A stretch of 64,000 nt of DNA from a virus. Every line of letters starts with the position of its first letter. The stretch's first letter is position 1. Location of the stretch: IMG/VR virus record IMGVR_UViG_3300037245_001077, positions 112,534 through 176,533 of that record, one strand, 5' to 3'. The notes below the pieces were generated by a model. The model was not told the DNA's origin and made no database searches. It saw only the letters and a list, made by a program, of their open reading frames with translations. The translations under genes and the position numbers were made by a program. Below are positions 37,800 to 48,145 of this stretch, in pieces.

Positions 37800-38468
37800 A
37801 TGATGTATACGTACCAAATGCAGTACCCGAACATGAATACCCCGAAGTACACACCTCGGGGTGTTCGGCCCGGTATGTTGAGCAAACTCAATGAGATCCA
37901 AATAGATGTTTCAGAATTGAAACCTGTTCCAGTTGATATCCCACAAGTGGCAATTGCTATATGGTTATCCGCCTGGATAAACGCAATTAATAAGCTTAAT
38001 AGGGAATTGATGGGGGCTTTTATGGGAGAGACACCGAGTGTCTTCACCCATTCGTGTAACGTCCGAAGATACACCTCCATCTATGAAGTAGTTACTTACC
38101 TCAACACGATAGCCTACCCCTATGGTTGGAGTTACCACCTTAGTCGAGTAGCCACGTGGGAAGATGTGAAGCTCGCTTTGCTGGAGGGCTTTACCGTGAT
38201 GGCAGGGGGAACTGTCTATTCTAGCTTCGATAAAGCGGTACATACAGGCGTCGTTCCTATGCCTAAGCCCGAAGAGGATTTATTGGGTGGGCAGATTGTG
38301 AATATCGTTGGTTTCAATCAAGAAACAGACATGGCACTAGCGATAGGAAATATGGGAATGGATGTAGGTAAGCAGGGGATGTTCCAATATCGAGGGTCAC
38401 ATCTTCGTAACTTAGGGATCTTCCGCGACTACTTCCTCCTTACTTCGAGGTATACTGATGCTAGTTAG
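37800..38468 (+). CDS. Papain (C1A)-like protein lacking catalytic residues
   Basis: VK.AL.EG..V..G..VY.SF....TG.VPMP...E.LLGGQ.V.IVGF....GNMG..VG..G.F; catalytic His replaced by Gln; no QG.CGSC-type motif. Confidence 0.7.
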   Translation: MMYTYQMQYPNMNTPKYTPRGVRPGMLSKLNEIQIDVSELKPVPVDIPQVAIAIWLSAWINAINKLNRELMGAFMGETPSVFTHSCNVRRYTSIYEVVTYLNTIAYPYGWSYHLSRVATWEDVKLALLEGFTVMAGGTVYSSFDKAVHTGVVPMPKPEEDLLGGQIVNIVGFNQETDMALAIGNMGMDVGKQGMFQYRGSHLRNLGIFRDYFLLTSRYTDAS

Positions 38469-38988
38469 TGATGAAGAACAACTTATCGTAAAAAACACGG
38501 TTGCTACCAACCTATTGGAGGTAGTAGGCCAAGGGATTGATTTCCCCCTGACGTTTACTCATTCAGCTCAAGTAGGGACAGTACAACAGTCTAACGCAGG
38601 AGAACGAATCAAGGATTCTATTCACCTCATTCTGGCTACTCGGATTGGGGAACGGCTTATGAATCCTGAGTTCGGGAGCCGGTTGTATCAGTTAGTGTTT
38701 GAACCTAATGATACAGTTTTGCAACGTCTACTGGTTTTCTACACCGCAGAGGCAATCCAACGGTGGGAGAAACGAGTGGAAATCGTTAAGGTTACAATTT
38801 TAGATAACCTTGAAGACCAGAGTACCGTGGGTATTCATATTTTATACAACATCCGTAACTCACACATCCAAGGTAGTTATGTGTACCCCTTCGTGCGCGA
38901 GGGGATGCTTACTGGAGACCAGTATACGGGTGTAGAGGCAGAACAAATGTTGCATCCTGGTAGCGTGAGAGGATTAAGTCAGAGGTAA
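38458..38988 (+). CDS. Baseplate wedge, gp25-like
   Basis: G.GIDFP, I..SI..IL.TR.GER.M.PEFGSRL..LVFEPND, AI.RWE.RV. Confidence 0.93.
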   Translation: MLVSDEEQLIVKNTVATNLLEVVGQGIDFPLTFTHSAQVGTVQQSNAGERIKDSIHLILATRIGERLMNPEFGSRLYQLVFEPNDTVLQRLLVFYTAEAIQRWEKRVEIVKVTILDNLEDQSTVGIHILYNIRNSHIQGSYVYPFVREGMLTGDQYTGVEAEQMLHPGSVRGLSQR

Positions 38989-38990
38989 AT

Positions 38991-40529
38991 ATGGCAACCA
39001 AATACAAAGCAGACTACTTCCTTAAGGACTACGATACTATCCGCACGGAGATGATCGCTAGGCTTCCTATCCTTTCAGATGGCAAGCTAACTGATCTCAA
39101 TGAGTCTTCAATTTCCGTTACCTTGGTAGAAGTTTTTGCGGCTATTGGGGACATGCTGGGTTTTTACTTAGATGCGAATGCGCTTGAAGCGTTCCTCCCC
39201 ACTGTTCGCCAGCCAGAGAACGTTTATCGTTTGACCAAGCTTATTGGATATCGTATCCGTGAGATGACCTCGGCTCAAGCAGATGTACGCTTCACACTCG
39301 GGACTACGTTTTCTGAAGAGGTGTTTATCCCTAAGGGTACTCAACTCGGTACAGCTACCGGAGGTGGAGCGGGAGAGATTGGGCTGTTCCTCACAACTGA
39401 AAACACTACCATCCCTATTGGGGATTCAGTTAGTGAACTGGTTGGTGCTGTCCAGGGTTCCTCTTTCACCGAGTCTTTTACTGGAGACGGAACTGCGGGT
39501 CAGTTTATCGTTCTTAGTGTACAAGAAATTGATCTTTCTACAATGGAGATCTATACCGGAAATATCAAGTGGTCTCAGGAAGAGACCTTCTTGTACAGTG
39601 AGCGTGATGATTTCGTGTATGTCATACAAACAGATCACCTTGGTGTAGTTCGCGTTTACTTTGGTGATGGTAAGTATGGGCGTGTCCCATCTGTCGGTGA
39701 AACAATCACTGTGAACTACCTCCGCTCTGCGGGAGCACAAGGAAACGTTGGCGCTGATGCTATTGGTCTTGTGTTCTCAGATATCCGAACAGTCACTACT
39801 AATTCTAAAGTGACCAACATCTCGGTTACAAATCCCGAGTCAGCAGCCGGAGGAAGTGATCGTCAGTCCTTGGAGCAGGTGAAAACTAACGCTCCTGGTT
39901 CCCTGGCTGCGCTGTACCGGCCTTTAACCAAGTATGACTACAACGCTTTGATTGCACGACTAGGAGGCGTACAGCACGTGAATGTGTGGGGAGAACAAGA
40001 AGAAGAACCCCCATCATATGAGAATATGAACTGGGCTAACGTCTGCCTCGTACCTACTGGAGGAGGATTACCCTCTGAAAACCTCCGTTCTATCGTGAAA
40101 GACTACCTGTTAGAGTGGCAGCCTATTACTGTGCGTATCCGTTTTATTGACCCCATGTACATCAGGCTTCAGGTGTCAATGAATGTGTACGTATTGCCAG
40201 GGTACTCACAAGAAGATGTTCGTATTAAAATCACGGATGATATCCGTGAGTTCTTTGACCTAGAGAACGTAAGGTTCGGACAGGACATCCGTGCTTCTGT
40301 TTTCTATAAGATGGCCATGTCGTATGAAGAAGTAAACCACTGTGTGGTAAACAACTTCATTCAAGTGGCAGATGATGAAGTTGAAACAGATATCGGGCAA
40401 GAAGCTATCCTTCAAAAGTGGCACATTCCCGTGCTAGATGAGCTTACAGTTCTCTTACATGAGGCTGTGGAACTCCCAGTTCCTGACCTCTACCCCGATG
40501 AAGAAATTGAACCCCCTTGGAACGTATAG
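38991..40529 (+). CDS. Baseplate wedge, gp6 / baseplate J-like
   Basis: KDYD.IR, EAFLPT, GY, FGDGKYGRVP, G..GNVGA..I, A.GGSD.QS.E..K.NAP. Confidence 0.93.
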   Translation: MATKYKADYFLKDYDTIRTEMIARLPILSDGKLTDLNESSISVTLVEVFAAIGDMLGFYLDANALEAFLPTVRQPENVYRLTKLIGYRIREMTSAQADVRFTLGTTFSEEVFIPKGTQLGTATGGGAGEIGLFLTTENTTIPIGDSVSELVGAVQGSSFTESFTGDGTAGQFIVLSVQEIDLSTMEIYTGNIKWSQEETFLYSERDDFVYVIQTDHLGVVRVYFGDGKYGRVPSVGETITVNYLRSAGAQGNVGADAIGLVFSDIRTVTTNSKVTNISVTNPESAAGGSDRQSLEQVKTNAPGSLAALYRPLTKYDYNALIARLGGVQHVNVWGEQEEEPPSYENMNWANVCLVPTGGGLPSENLRSIVKDYLLEWQPITVRIRFIDPMYIRLQVSMNVYVLPGYSQEDVRIKITDDIREFFDLENVRFGQDIRASVFYKMAMSYEEVNHCVVNNFIQVADDEVETDIGQEAILQKWHIPVLDELTVLLHEAVELPVPDLYPDEEIEPPWNV

Positions 40530-40538
40530 GAGTAGCTA

Positions 40539-41789
40539 ATGTCATTTCCGATTATTGGAACAACGTCTGTGTGGGAAAACTGGGCCGGGTTTGGTATTGG
40601 CTCTTGGAACATGTGGTTCATGGCCCCTTATGGGTCATGGATTTACGCGGGGTTTGTCAAGAACAACACCTCGTACTTCAAGAAGATCAATATCGGTACA
40701 GAAGATCCTAACTATGAAATTTCTGACTGGGACTTTGGTCTAGCGGTTAACCCCCCATCGGAGGTCTTCCCCTATGAACGGCATGAGGGGTACCCAAATG
40801 GGTCGATGGGTATGGGGTGTATCCGTGGGGATACTACAACCAAGCTTTACCTCGTTGGTAAATCTGCGGCAGATCCCTCAGAAGATGCCATCATCCACAG
40901 GTTCCTTACGGCTAGCAACTTTGCCCAAGAAGCCCCTGGAACAATTCCCCTAGAGGTAGGGGGTGGTTCTATAGTTAAGGTCAATCACATCTGCGGCATT
41001 GAAGTGGATCAAGGGAGTGCCTATTACCTTGTGCTCAACAACAACGATGCCAACGAGTTCCGGTTGTACCGTTATGGTTATACTTGGGACGGTGGTAGTC
41101 ATCAGCCTTCTCATGATGTGGATTTATCTACAAACTACATAGAAAATAACACGAATGCCCGTATTCGGGGAATGGCTACCGCAAGTGATGGTAACATTCT
41201 TGTCTTTGTGAACACAGGGATCTCGGCTACGAGCTGTAAGGTTATCAAGTTTGATAAGGATGACCTAAGCTATCTCGGGCAGACTGACTGGGCACCGAAT
41301 GTTTCTACTGCTACTTGGGCGTATATGGTCAAATCTGCTGAGGTATTCCAGTGGTTCCAGGGGCTGGATAGTAACAGTCTTTATGATTGGAAGACAGCAG
41401 TTTATTATGACCGAGCCACAGGTATTCCTGATGAGGACCGGAGCAACTTCATTATTGCAGAGAACTTAACAACGTTTGGGTCTGATGACGCGATTGAATT
41501 GAAGTATGAAGCCCGAGACGCTTTTAACATTGTGGTAACGGCTGTTAACGCTAAATTTGCCGTTAACGGTGAGGACCAAAACGACCCAAGTAGTTGGAAT
41601 GACCGGGTAGGAGGGATCCAAGACGGAGAATTTGATGACTTCTTCGATACGGATGGGGTGCCTCTCGCCATCCATGCAATCACTCCTACTGATGGTAATG
41701 GTGTTGCCACAGCTTGGTACAAGTCTATGAGAACTGGTTCCGGTACAGAAATTGACGCCATCGACGTGTTCTGCCCATCGGATAGCTAA
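40539..41789 (+). CDS. Baseplate-region virion protein with a possible C-terminal Ig-like (Big_1) domain
   Basis: Beta-rich; ..ARDAFN.VV..V...F and TDGNGVATAWY resemble Big_1. Confidence 0.6.
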   Translation: MSFPIIGTTSVWENWAGFGIGSWNMWFMAPYGSWIYAGFVKNNTSYFKKINIGTEDPNYEISDWDFGLAVNPPSEVFPYERHEGYPNGSMGMGCIRGDTTTKLYLVGKSAADPSEDAIIHRFLTASNFAQEAPGTIPLEVGGGSIVKVNHICGIEVDQGSAYYLVLNNNDANEFRLYRYGYTWDGGSHQPSHDVDLSTNYIENNTNARIRGMATASDGNILVFVNTGISATSCKVIKFDKDDLSYLGQTDWAPNVSTATWAYMVKSAEVFQWFQGLDSNSLYDWKTAVYYDRATGIPDEDRSNFIIAENLTTFGSDDAIELKYEARDAFNIVVTAVNAKFAVNGEDQNDPSSWNDRVGGIQDGEFDDFFDTDGVPLAIHAITPTDGNGVATAWYKSMRTGSGTEIDAIDVFCPSDS

Positions 41790-44617
41790 TGTCTTGGTGG
41801 ACTGTTCCTGATGTCCCCCCGGCTGAAGCCGTTGGAGTGATCTATATCATTGAGCCTCTCTTTGTGGGGCAAAATCTGGTATTTGTAGTTGCTCCTTCCT
41901 ACTTCATGGGGCGGATTGCTATTATCCCTGCACAAGATATTGCTCGGGATAGTGGTGAAATAATGATCCAAAAGATCACTCAAACCTACTTCCAAAACAA
42001 CATCCAGAAGTACATTCCCTATGAGTACTGGCGCATGGATGCCAAGCCTATTGAGGAGGGCGGGAGTGATGGAGACATGGCAATCTTCACAGAAGTTTTT
42101 GCCATTACTATGGATGAGATTAAGCAAGCAATTGATGAGCTACCTTTGCTCTTCGATATTGATCATTGTCCTCCCCGGTATCTTCGGGTTATTGCTGAGC
42201 TTTTAAACTTCCCGTTGGAAGATGTGGACTCTACTGCGGAACAGCGTAGACAACTTAAAGATGCTGTCAACTGGTATCGCAGCAAAGGAAGTCGTAAGGC
42301 TTTCATTTCTATTTTGTATGCCTTTGGTTTCTATGTGACAATGGTTCCGCTTTGGACCGAGGACTACTTAGCCTTCACGGATACCATCCCCGGTGTAGCT
42401 AAAGGGAATGACCCGCCAAACGATTATCCTCTACTCCTTGAAAATGGTGGTACGTGGTACCGTTCTCCTCACTACGGTATCTACCTACAAGCTATTGTTG
42501 AAGACAGACACGCTACGATTGAGTGGGGGAGCGTCCCAGAGAACCAAGTACCGATCACGAACGAAATTGTAGACACTACCCCTGATGGTATAGAGACCAG
42601 TTTCGCTGGGTGGGTTACTCATTATCCTACTATTGCAGGAACCTTTACTGGTACTGCTTTCGTAAGCGGTTGGCCGGTAACAGATATTGTAGACAACGGT
42701 TCGGGTGTGCTGTCTGGTACAGACATTACAGGAACTATTGACTATGCCACCGGAGCTTGGACACTCGATTTCACGACTGCACCTGCGGACGGCTCAGCTA
42801 TTATCCTCGGTTATAACTTTGACTTTGCCGATTTAGTAGAAAACATTGGGTATCATCGTGCTTTCTACCAAATGTTGGATGAGTTATCTGCTGCCGGTGT
42901 CGTGTTGAACTACCAGTTCGATACTGATACCTTCAACTACCTATACCGTAGGATAGAGTTCCTCCGTCCAGTCTTCGCTGTGCTTGAGTGGCTCGGTAAA
43001 CTGATCCATATGCAGGAAGAGTATGTGGTCCCCGAAGGGGAAGAACCGATGATGACTGCCAACCCAGTTCGAGACGAGAAGGGTTGGTACTTGGGTTACT
43101 GCGACATGGATGATCTCCAGTATACCCGTTTAGATGCACGGTTATTGGGACCGAATATGCGTGGCTTGACTTCCCCACTTGGGGCAGGAGCACCTTCTGT
43201 TATAGACATAGAAGATGAAGTAGCTTACATAGTATCAGGTTCTCTCTCATTCATTTCAGGTACACTAACTAATAGTTGGTTATTTTCTGGTGTAAATTTT
43301 ACGGCCACTATTGGGGCTAGTTTAGTAGATATTACTGATATTTCTTACAAAGAAACAACTAATGAGGTTATTGACACCACAGCTAATGGGGTTAAAACTT
43401 CTTTTAGTGGGCAGTTAACACAAAGTCCGCTTTCTGTCCCTACAGATTTTAAGAGTGCGCCTGATTCGTTTGACACACATGCTTGTGATATTGATAGTCA
43501 TACTAGGATTACGTTCACTACTGAACAAACGAAGTATTTTGACGTATATGGTCGGTATACAGATGCAACTCATTATGGCTGGGGTGTTGGCTGTACAATG
43601 ACTGGTACGCTTAGGGTTATCTGGAATGATGGGGGAGGGATTCATTCTTTATTTTCCGAGAATTCGGTTTTTTCTCATGATGTTGCTTACCAAGTTGACG
43701 TTGTTGTTGAAGGCGCGACCATAAAGGTTTACGTAGATGGCGTCTTGAAAACAACCAGGACACTTGTTTACAACGAGTCTGTCGCTCTTGGCGCAATCGC
43801 ACATGATTATGTCACTAACGATATAGAACTCTTAACATACCCCTGTCCTGCCCCTGGAAGAATACTTGCTCTAACTTTCGATCTTGGAGCGGGGATGGAA
43901 GAAGTTACCATTGTTGATAATGGTATAGAATTTGTTGGTACAGATTCTTTGAGTAATGCTGTTACAGGAATTATTGATCATGTAGACGGAACTTGGTCAT
44001 TAGATTTTATCTCCGTTCCAGTGGCTGATAGCCTTATCACAATGCGTTATACCTATGCGGTTACAGAAGGTGTGCTTAACGCAGAGGGTGTTATTGGAGT
44101 TATCGACTATCTTGATGGTAGTTGGTGGATGGATTTTGAAACAGGGTATGAACCTGACGATGCCACGGATGTTTTAGCGGATTACTCTTACTCTACAGAA
44201 ATCCCACCCACAGATCGTTCAGGGGTGATGCCTAGGGGTTCAACGGAACTTCCGTTCCCGCATGTACGCGACCCACAAGAGGGGTACTGTCACCCGCCCG
44301 AAGAGCTATGGATTGACTGGTACTGGATTCAACCAGAAGATTACCGGCTACCCCTTACCCGTGACGGGATGAATCTGTACCCGCCTGCGGGACCAGTACT
44401 TTACATCGATCACGCAGACTTTCCCTCTCGGGGGTTCACAAAGGCAGCGTCAGTTGCTGACCATGCCAACACGTTTACCCGAGAACTAGGCTATTCTGAC
44501 CGCGCTCTCTCTTTATTAGAGGTGACACAGAATCCGCCTGCCAGTGCTGAAGATTGGCAGAACCAGGGTACCGCTTGGGAGAGCTGGACTGGGCCTTGGG
44601 AAAACATAGGAGATTAG
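41789..44617 (+). CDS. Baseplate wedge/tail protein (P2 gpI / gp7-like) with inserted beta-domains
   Basis: LP.LFDID.CP..YL..IA.LL....R..LK.A..WY..KGS; three copies of a shared beta-module. Confidence 0.85.
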   Translation: MSWWTVPDVPPAEAVGVIYIIEPLFVGQNLVFVVAPSYFMGRIAIIPAQDIARDSGEIMIQKITQTYFQNNIQKYIPYEYWRMDAKPIEEGGSDGDMAIFTEVFAITMDEIKQAIDELPLLFDIDHCPPRYLRVIAELLNFPLEDVDSTAEQRRQLKDAVNWYRSKGSRKAFISILYAFGFYVTMVPLWTEDYLAFTDTIPGVAKGNDPPNDYPLLLENGGTWYRSPHYGIYLQAIVEDRHATIEWGSVPENQVPITNEIVDTTPDGIETSFAGWVTHYPTIAGTFTGTAFVSGWPVTDIVDNGSGVLSGTDITGTIDYATGAWTLDFTTAPADGSAIILGYNFDFADLVENIGYHRAFYQMLDELSAAGVVLNYQFDTDTFNYLYRRIEFLRPVFAVLEWLGKLIHMQEEYVVPEGEEPMMTANPVRDEKGWYLGYCDMDDLQYTRLDARLLGPNMRGLTSPLGAGAPSVIDIEDEVAYIVSGSLSFISGTLTNSWLFSGVNFTATIGASLVDITDISYKETTNEVIDTTANGVKTSFSGQLTQSPLSVPTDFKSAPDSFDTHACDIDSHTRITFTTEQTKYFDVYGRYTDATHYGWGVGCTMTGTLRVIWNDGGGIHSLFSENSVFSHDVAYQVDVVVEGATIKVYVDGVLKTTRTLVYNESVALGAIAHDYVTNDIELLTYPCPAPGRILALTFDLGAGMEEVTIVDNGIEFVGTDSLSNAVTGIIDHVDGTWSLDFISVPVADSLITMRYTYAVTEGVLNAEGVIGVIDYLDGSWWMDFETGYEPDDATDVLADYSYSTEIPPTDRSGVMPRGSTELPFPHVRDPQEGYCHPPEELWIDWYWIQPEDYRLPLTRDGMNLYPPAGPVLYIDHADFPSRGFTKAASVADHANTFTRELGYSDRALSLLEVTQNPPASAEDWQNQGTAWESWTGPWENIGD

Positions 44618-44618
44618 T

Positions 44619-47609
44619 ATGGCCTTTACAGGAAAAGACCCAAAGGATACCTACCTTGCGCTGTTGAACTTGGGGGATGCAAACGAAACATTACCCGCAA
44701 CTACTCCAACAGAAACAGTGTTGGATGCTGCGGGCAATAGCTCCCTTCTTGGGCTGAGCCAGAACACTATCGAGTTCATCGGTATCTTGTTAGCAGATGT
44801 GGCTAGTGGTATGGTGATAGACACGGGTATTGCCTTTGAAGCGGACGCGGTGTCGGTTGACTCAGTACTTAACAAATCGGATAACACGGTCGGTGTCTTC
44901 TTCACTTCAGGTGATCCAGAAGGTTCGTTGACTGCGGGGGTTGGTTCATTAGCCCTTCGTGATGATGGTGTAGCTGGTGCTACTCTCTATGTTAAAGAGA
45001 GTGGAACAGGCAACACCGGTTGGGTAGCTTACGACTTTGTAACTAATTTCCTAGACCTCGGGGATACTCCAGGTGCCTTTAGCGCAGACAAGTGGTTAAA
45101 GGTTGATGGTACTGGAAACTTCCTTGAGTGGTCCGATGCTCCACTAGGGGCCTTCACTGATCTTTCAGATACCCCTGACCCACTAGTTGCGGGTAAGTGG
45201 ATGAAGGTGAATGCAGGCGGAACGGCTATCGAGTTTACTGATGACCCAACAGCAGCAGCAACAACTTTCATTAACCTCCCTGATACCCCAGCAAGTTATG
45301 TCTCGGGTAAGTGGTTACAGACCACAGGGAGTGAAATTGTTTTTGTTGACGCTCCCCCTATGACCTTTGATGATCTTACAGACACTAACATAACAGCCCT
45401 TGCTCAAGGTGAAATTTTATACTACGACGGAGCTGATTGGGTGAACTTAGGTGTGGGTGTTGATGGGTACGTCCTCTCCACACAAGGAGCAGCGGCTAAT
45501 CCTACTTGGGTATCGATCACCAGTATCTCAACCTTTGTGGGTCTTGCAGACACACCGGGTACTTTTACCGCAGACAAATGGCTAAAAGTAGATGGAACGG
45601 GCAATTTTATTGAGTGGGTTGACAACACTCTTCTTGCTCTTGAAGATGTCAATATAACCACTCCAGTTCAAGGTGAGATGTTCTTCTTTGATGGATCCGA
45701 TTGGATTGCTCTACCTGTGGGTTCTGCCGGTCAATTTTTGACTACACAAGGAGCAGGAGCTAACCCAACTTGGGGAGTAAGTACTTTTGACGGGTTAGAT
45801 GATACGATCATGACTACTCCCGCACAGGGAGAGGTACTCTTCTTTGACGGAACAGACTGGATCAACCTTGGTGTAGGTACGGATGGGTATGTTTTAACCA
45901 CCCATGGCGCGGCGGCTGACCCTGATTGGGCTGATGCTTCATCAGTAAGTACATTTGCTGGCCTTTCAGACACAATAATTACTACCCCCGCGCAGGGAGA
46001 GGTACTTTACTTCGACGGGTCTGACTGGCTTAACCTTGCAGTCGGTACAGATGGAGATTATTTAACCACACATGGAGCGGCATCTAATCCTACTTGGACA
46101 ACTCCTTCTTCGGGTGCTTTTGCAGATCTTACGGATACAGTTATCACCACTCCAGCACAAGGAGAAGTACTCTTCTTTGATGGTTCGGATTGGGTTAACT
46201 TAGCTGTAGGGGCAGATGGTTATTACCTAACCACTCATGGAGCAGCATCTGATCCTACTTGGGTAGCTCCCGGTACGGGAGGTACTCTTGCTGCCCTAGA
46301 TGACACCAATATAACTGCTCCTGCTCATGGTGGAATACTCTACTTTGATGGTTCTGATTGGGTAGATATGTCCGTTGGCACCTCAGGTTACTTGCTTGCT
46401 ACTCAAGGAAGTGGGGCTGCTCCTATTTGGGTTGTTCCTGGGGCTGGGTTAACTTTTGCGGCTCTTGATGACACGGTTATGACTACTCCCGCACAAGGGG
46501 AAGTACTCTATTTTGACGGTACCGATTGGGTTAACCTTGGGGTTGGCACTAACGGGCACTTCTTAACCACTCACGGTGCAGCTTCTAATCCTACTTGGTC
46601 CTCTGCTTCTGCTGGATCAACTTTTGCGGGGCTTAGTGACACAATTATTACCACCCCCGCACAAGGAGAGGTTCTCTTTTTTGACGGTAGTGATTGGGTT
46701 AATCTAGGTGTAGGAACAGAGGGGTATGTACTTACTACCCACGGTGCATCTTCTAATCCAACTTGGGTTGAGGGTGGTGGTGGAGGAAGTGATCTTACAG
46801 CTATCCACGACAATGTAGCAGATGAAATCACAGCTATCACCCCCAAAACCACACTGGATGATGCTGATGAACTCTTGATCGAAGATAGTGGAGCGTCATT
46901 TGTCAAGAAAGCAGTAGCTTTATCGGATTTGAAAACTTATGCAGGTGGTGGTGGTGATTATCTACCCTTAGTTGGTGGTACTTTAACCGGCGATTTGCTT
47001 ATAGATAAAACTCTTGCTGATCTTTCTTTTGAGGTTGGTGCTAGTGGAGAATTAACTTGGAGAATGCGGAGCACTACTGCCGATTTCGAACTTCGAGATA
47101 TGGAAACATCTTATGGTGCATTTAAAGTACACGCTGGCGCAGGAGATAATCTTGCTATACTTTTTCATATAAATCAGTACGGAGTAAGTGTAGGAACTCC
47201 TGTAACGTCGTCAGATGGTGGTGAACTTGTTTTTTATCTCGAAAAACAAGCTGGTGCAGATTTAACTATGGCTGTGGAAGATGATGGTTCTTATGGTTTT
47301 TCGGACAAAGCAGGATCACGACATACAGCAATACATTTTAATAGTGGAGCTATGGCTTTTGGTGATGCAGCCGCTACAACACAAGTAAACGGTAGTGCTG
47401 GTAGACCTACATACAAACCAGGAGCCGGTTCCGCAGTAGATATAGCTCTACTCCTTTCTGGTACTGGAAGCCCTCAGGGTAGTGTTACAGCCAATGTCGG
47501 AGATTTCTATATAGATACTAGTGGTGGTGTTGGGGCTGTTTTGTATGTGAAAGCGGTTGGTACTGATAGTTCTGGTTGGGATTTAGTTACTACTTCCGCA
47601 GCGAGCTAA
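44619..47609 (+). CDS. Tail fibre-like protein with tandem repeats
   Basis: Eight or so L.DT.ITTPAQGEVL.FDG.DW.NL.VG..G..LTT.GA...PTW units plus L.DTP....A.KWLKV units. Confidence 0.85.
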   Translation: MAFTGKDPKDTYLALLNLGDANETLPATTPTETVLDAAGNSSLLGLSQNTIEFIGILLADVASGMVIDTGIAFEADAVSVDSVLNKSDNTVGVFFTSGDPEGSLTAGVGSLALRDDGVAGATLYVKESGTGNTGWVAYDFVTNFLDLGDTPGAFSADKWLKVDGTGNFLEWSDAPLGAFTDLSDTPDPLVAGKWMKVNAGGTAIEFTDDPTAAATTFINLPDTPASYVSGKWLQTTGSEIVFVDAPPMTFDDLTDTNITALAQGEILYYDGADWVNLGVGVDGYVLSTQGAAANPTWVSITSISTFVGLADTPGTFTADKWLKVDGTGNFIEWVDNTLLALEDVNITTPVQGEMFFFDGSDWIALPVGSAGQFLTTQGAGANPTWGVSTFDGLDDTIMTTPAQGEVLFFDGTDWINLGVGTDGYVLTTHGAAADPDWADASSVSTFAGLSDTIITTPAQGEVLYFDGSDWLNLAVGTDGDYLTTHGAASNPTWTTPSSGAFADLTDTVITTPAQGEVLFFDGSDWVNLAVGADGYYLTTHGAASDPTWVAPGTGGTLAALDDTNITAPAHGGILYFDGSDWVDMSVGTSGYLLATQGSGAAPIWVVPGAGLTFAALDDTVMTTPAQGEVLYFDGTDWVNLGVGTNGHFLTTHGAASNPTWSSASAGSTFAGLSDTIITTPAQGEVLFFDGSDWVNLGVGTEGYVLTTHGASSNPTWVEGGGGGSDLTAIHDNVADEITAITPKTTLDDADELLIEDSGASFVKKAVALSDLKTYAGGGGDYLPLVGGTLTGDLLIDKTLADLSFEVGASGELTWRMRSTTADFELRDMETSYGAFKVHAGAGDNLAILFHINQYGVSVGTPVTSSDGGELVFYLEKQAGADLTMAVEDDGSYGFSDKAGSRHTAIHFNSGAMAFGDAAATTQVNGSAGRPTYKPGAGSAVDIALLLSGTGSPQGSVTANVGDFYIDTSGGVGAVLYVKAVGTDSSGWDLVTTSAAS
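45040..46770 (+). repeat. Degenerate coding repeats of the fibre shaft
   Basis: Recurrent gcaca(a/g)gg.ga.gt.ct... and cctacttggg units visible in the DNA. Confidence 0.9.
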
Positions 47610-47623
47610 TTTTAGGAGGAGAG

Positions 47624-48145
47624 ATGAATCTATTAGACGCGATTAAAGTTCCCATGGGGCACTTTCAACTAGACTCTTACGACGCCTTTACCGGTCAACT
47701 ACTTGATCATATTGAAGGCGCTAACATCGTTGTTAACGATGGTCGTGAGGCTCTAGCTCGTTTGCTGGGTAATAGTGGACCAGACGGTGGTGTGACCACA
47801 TGGTATGTGGACACCATGAAGTTTGGTAAGGGTGGTCATAACCCTGGTGATGTACTGGAGATGGTCGAGGTGCTTGTTACCGACAGCGATCTGTACGACC
47901 AGACAGCCGATCACATTACAGTAGATCAGGATGTTACTGGCACTACCACTTGGCCTGCTGCTCGTAAGGTTACGTTCGAGGCCACGGTAGAGGCGGCTGA
48001 AGGTAATGGTTCAGGCGTTCTTGAGTACTCAGAGGCTGGGCTGTACTACGATAGTGGTTCTATAATGTTCGCCCACAAAGCCTTTGGCTACATCGTGAAG
48101 AACAACACTATCAAACTGGTTGCCACGTGGACCTTCACGTTCTAA
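47624..48145 (+). CDS. Baseplate/tail-fibre attachment protein
   Basis: N.VVNDGR..LA.LL, M.FG.GG, EAGL, MFA.K.F..I.K.....L...W...F; SD AGGAGG before ATG 47624. Confidence 0.75.
   Translation: MNLLDAIKVPMGHFQLDSYDAFTGQLLDHIEGANIVVNDGREALARLLGNSGPDGGVTTWYVDTMKFGKGGHNPGDVLEMVEVLVTDSDLYDQTADHITVDQDVTGTTTWPAARKVTFEATVEAAEGNGSGVLEYSEAGLYYDSGSIMFAHKAFGYIVKNNTIKLVATWTFTF

Noticed and set aside
45040-46770. Fibre repeats as a diversity-generating retroelement TR/VR pair
   Set aside because: Differences look mostly synonymous rather than adenine-specific, and no reverse transcriptase is in the window
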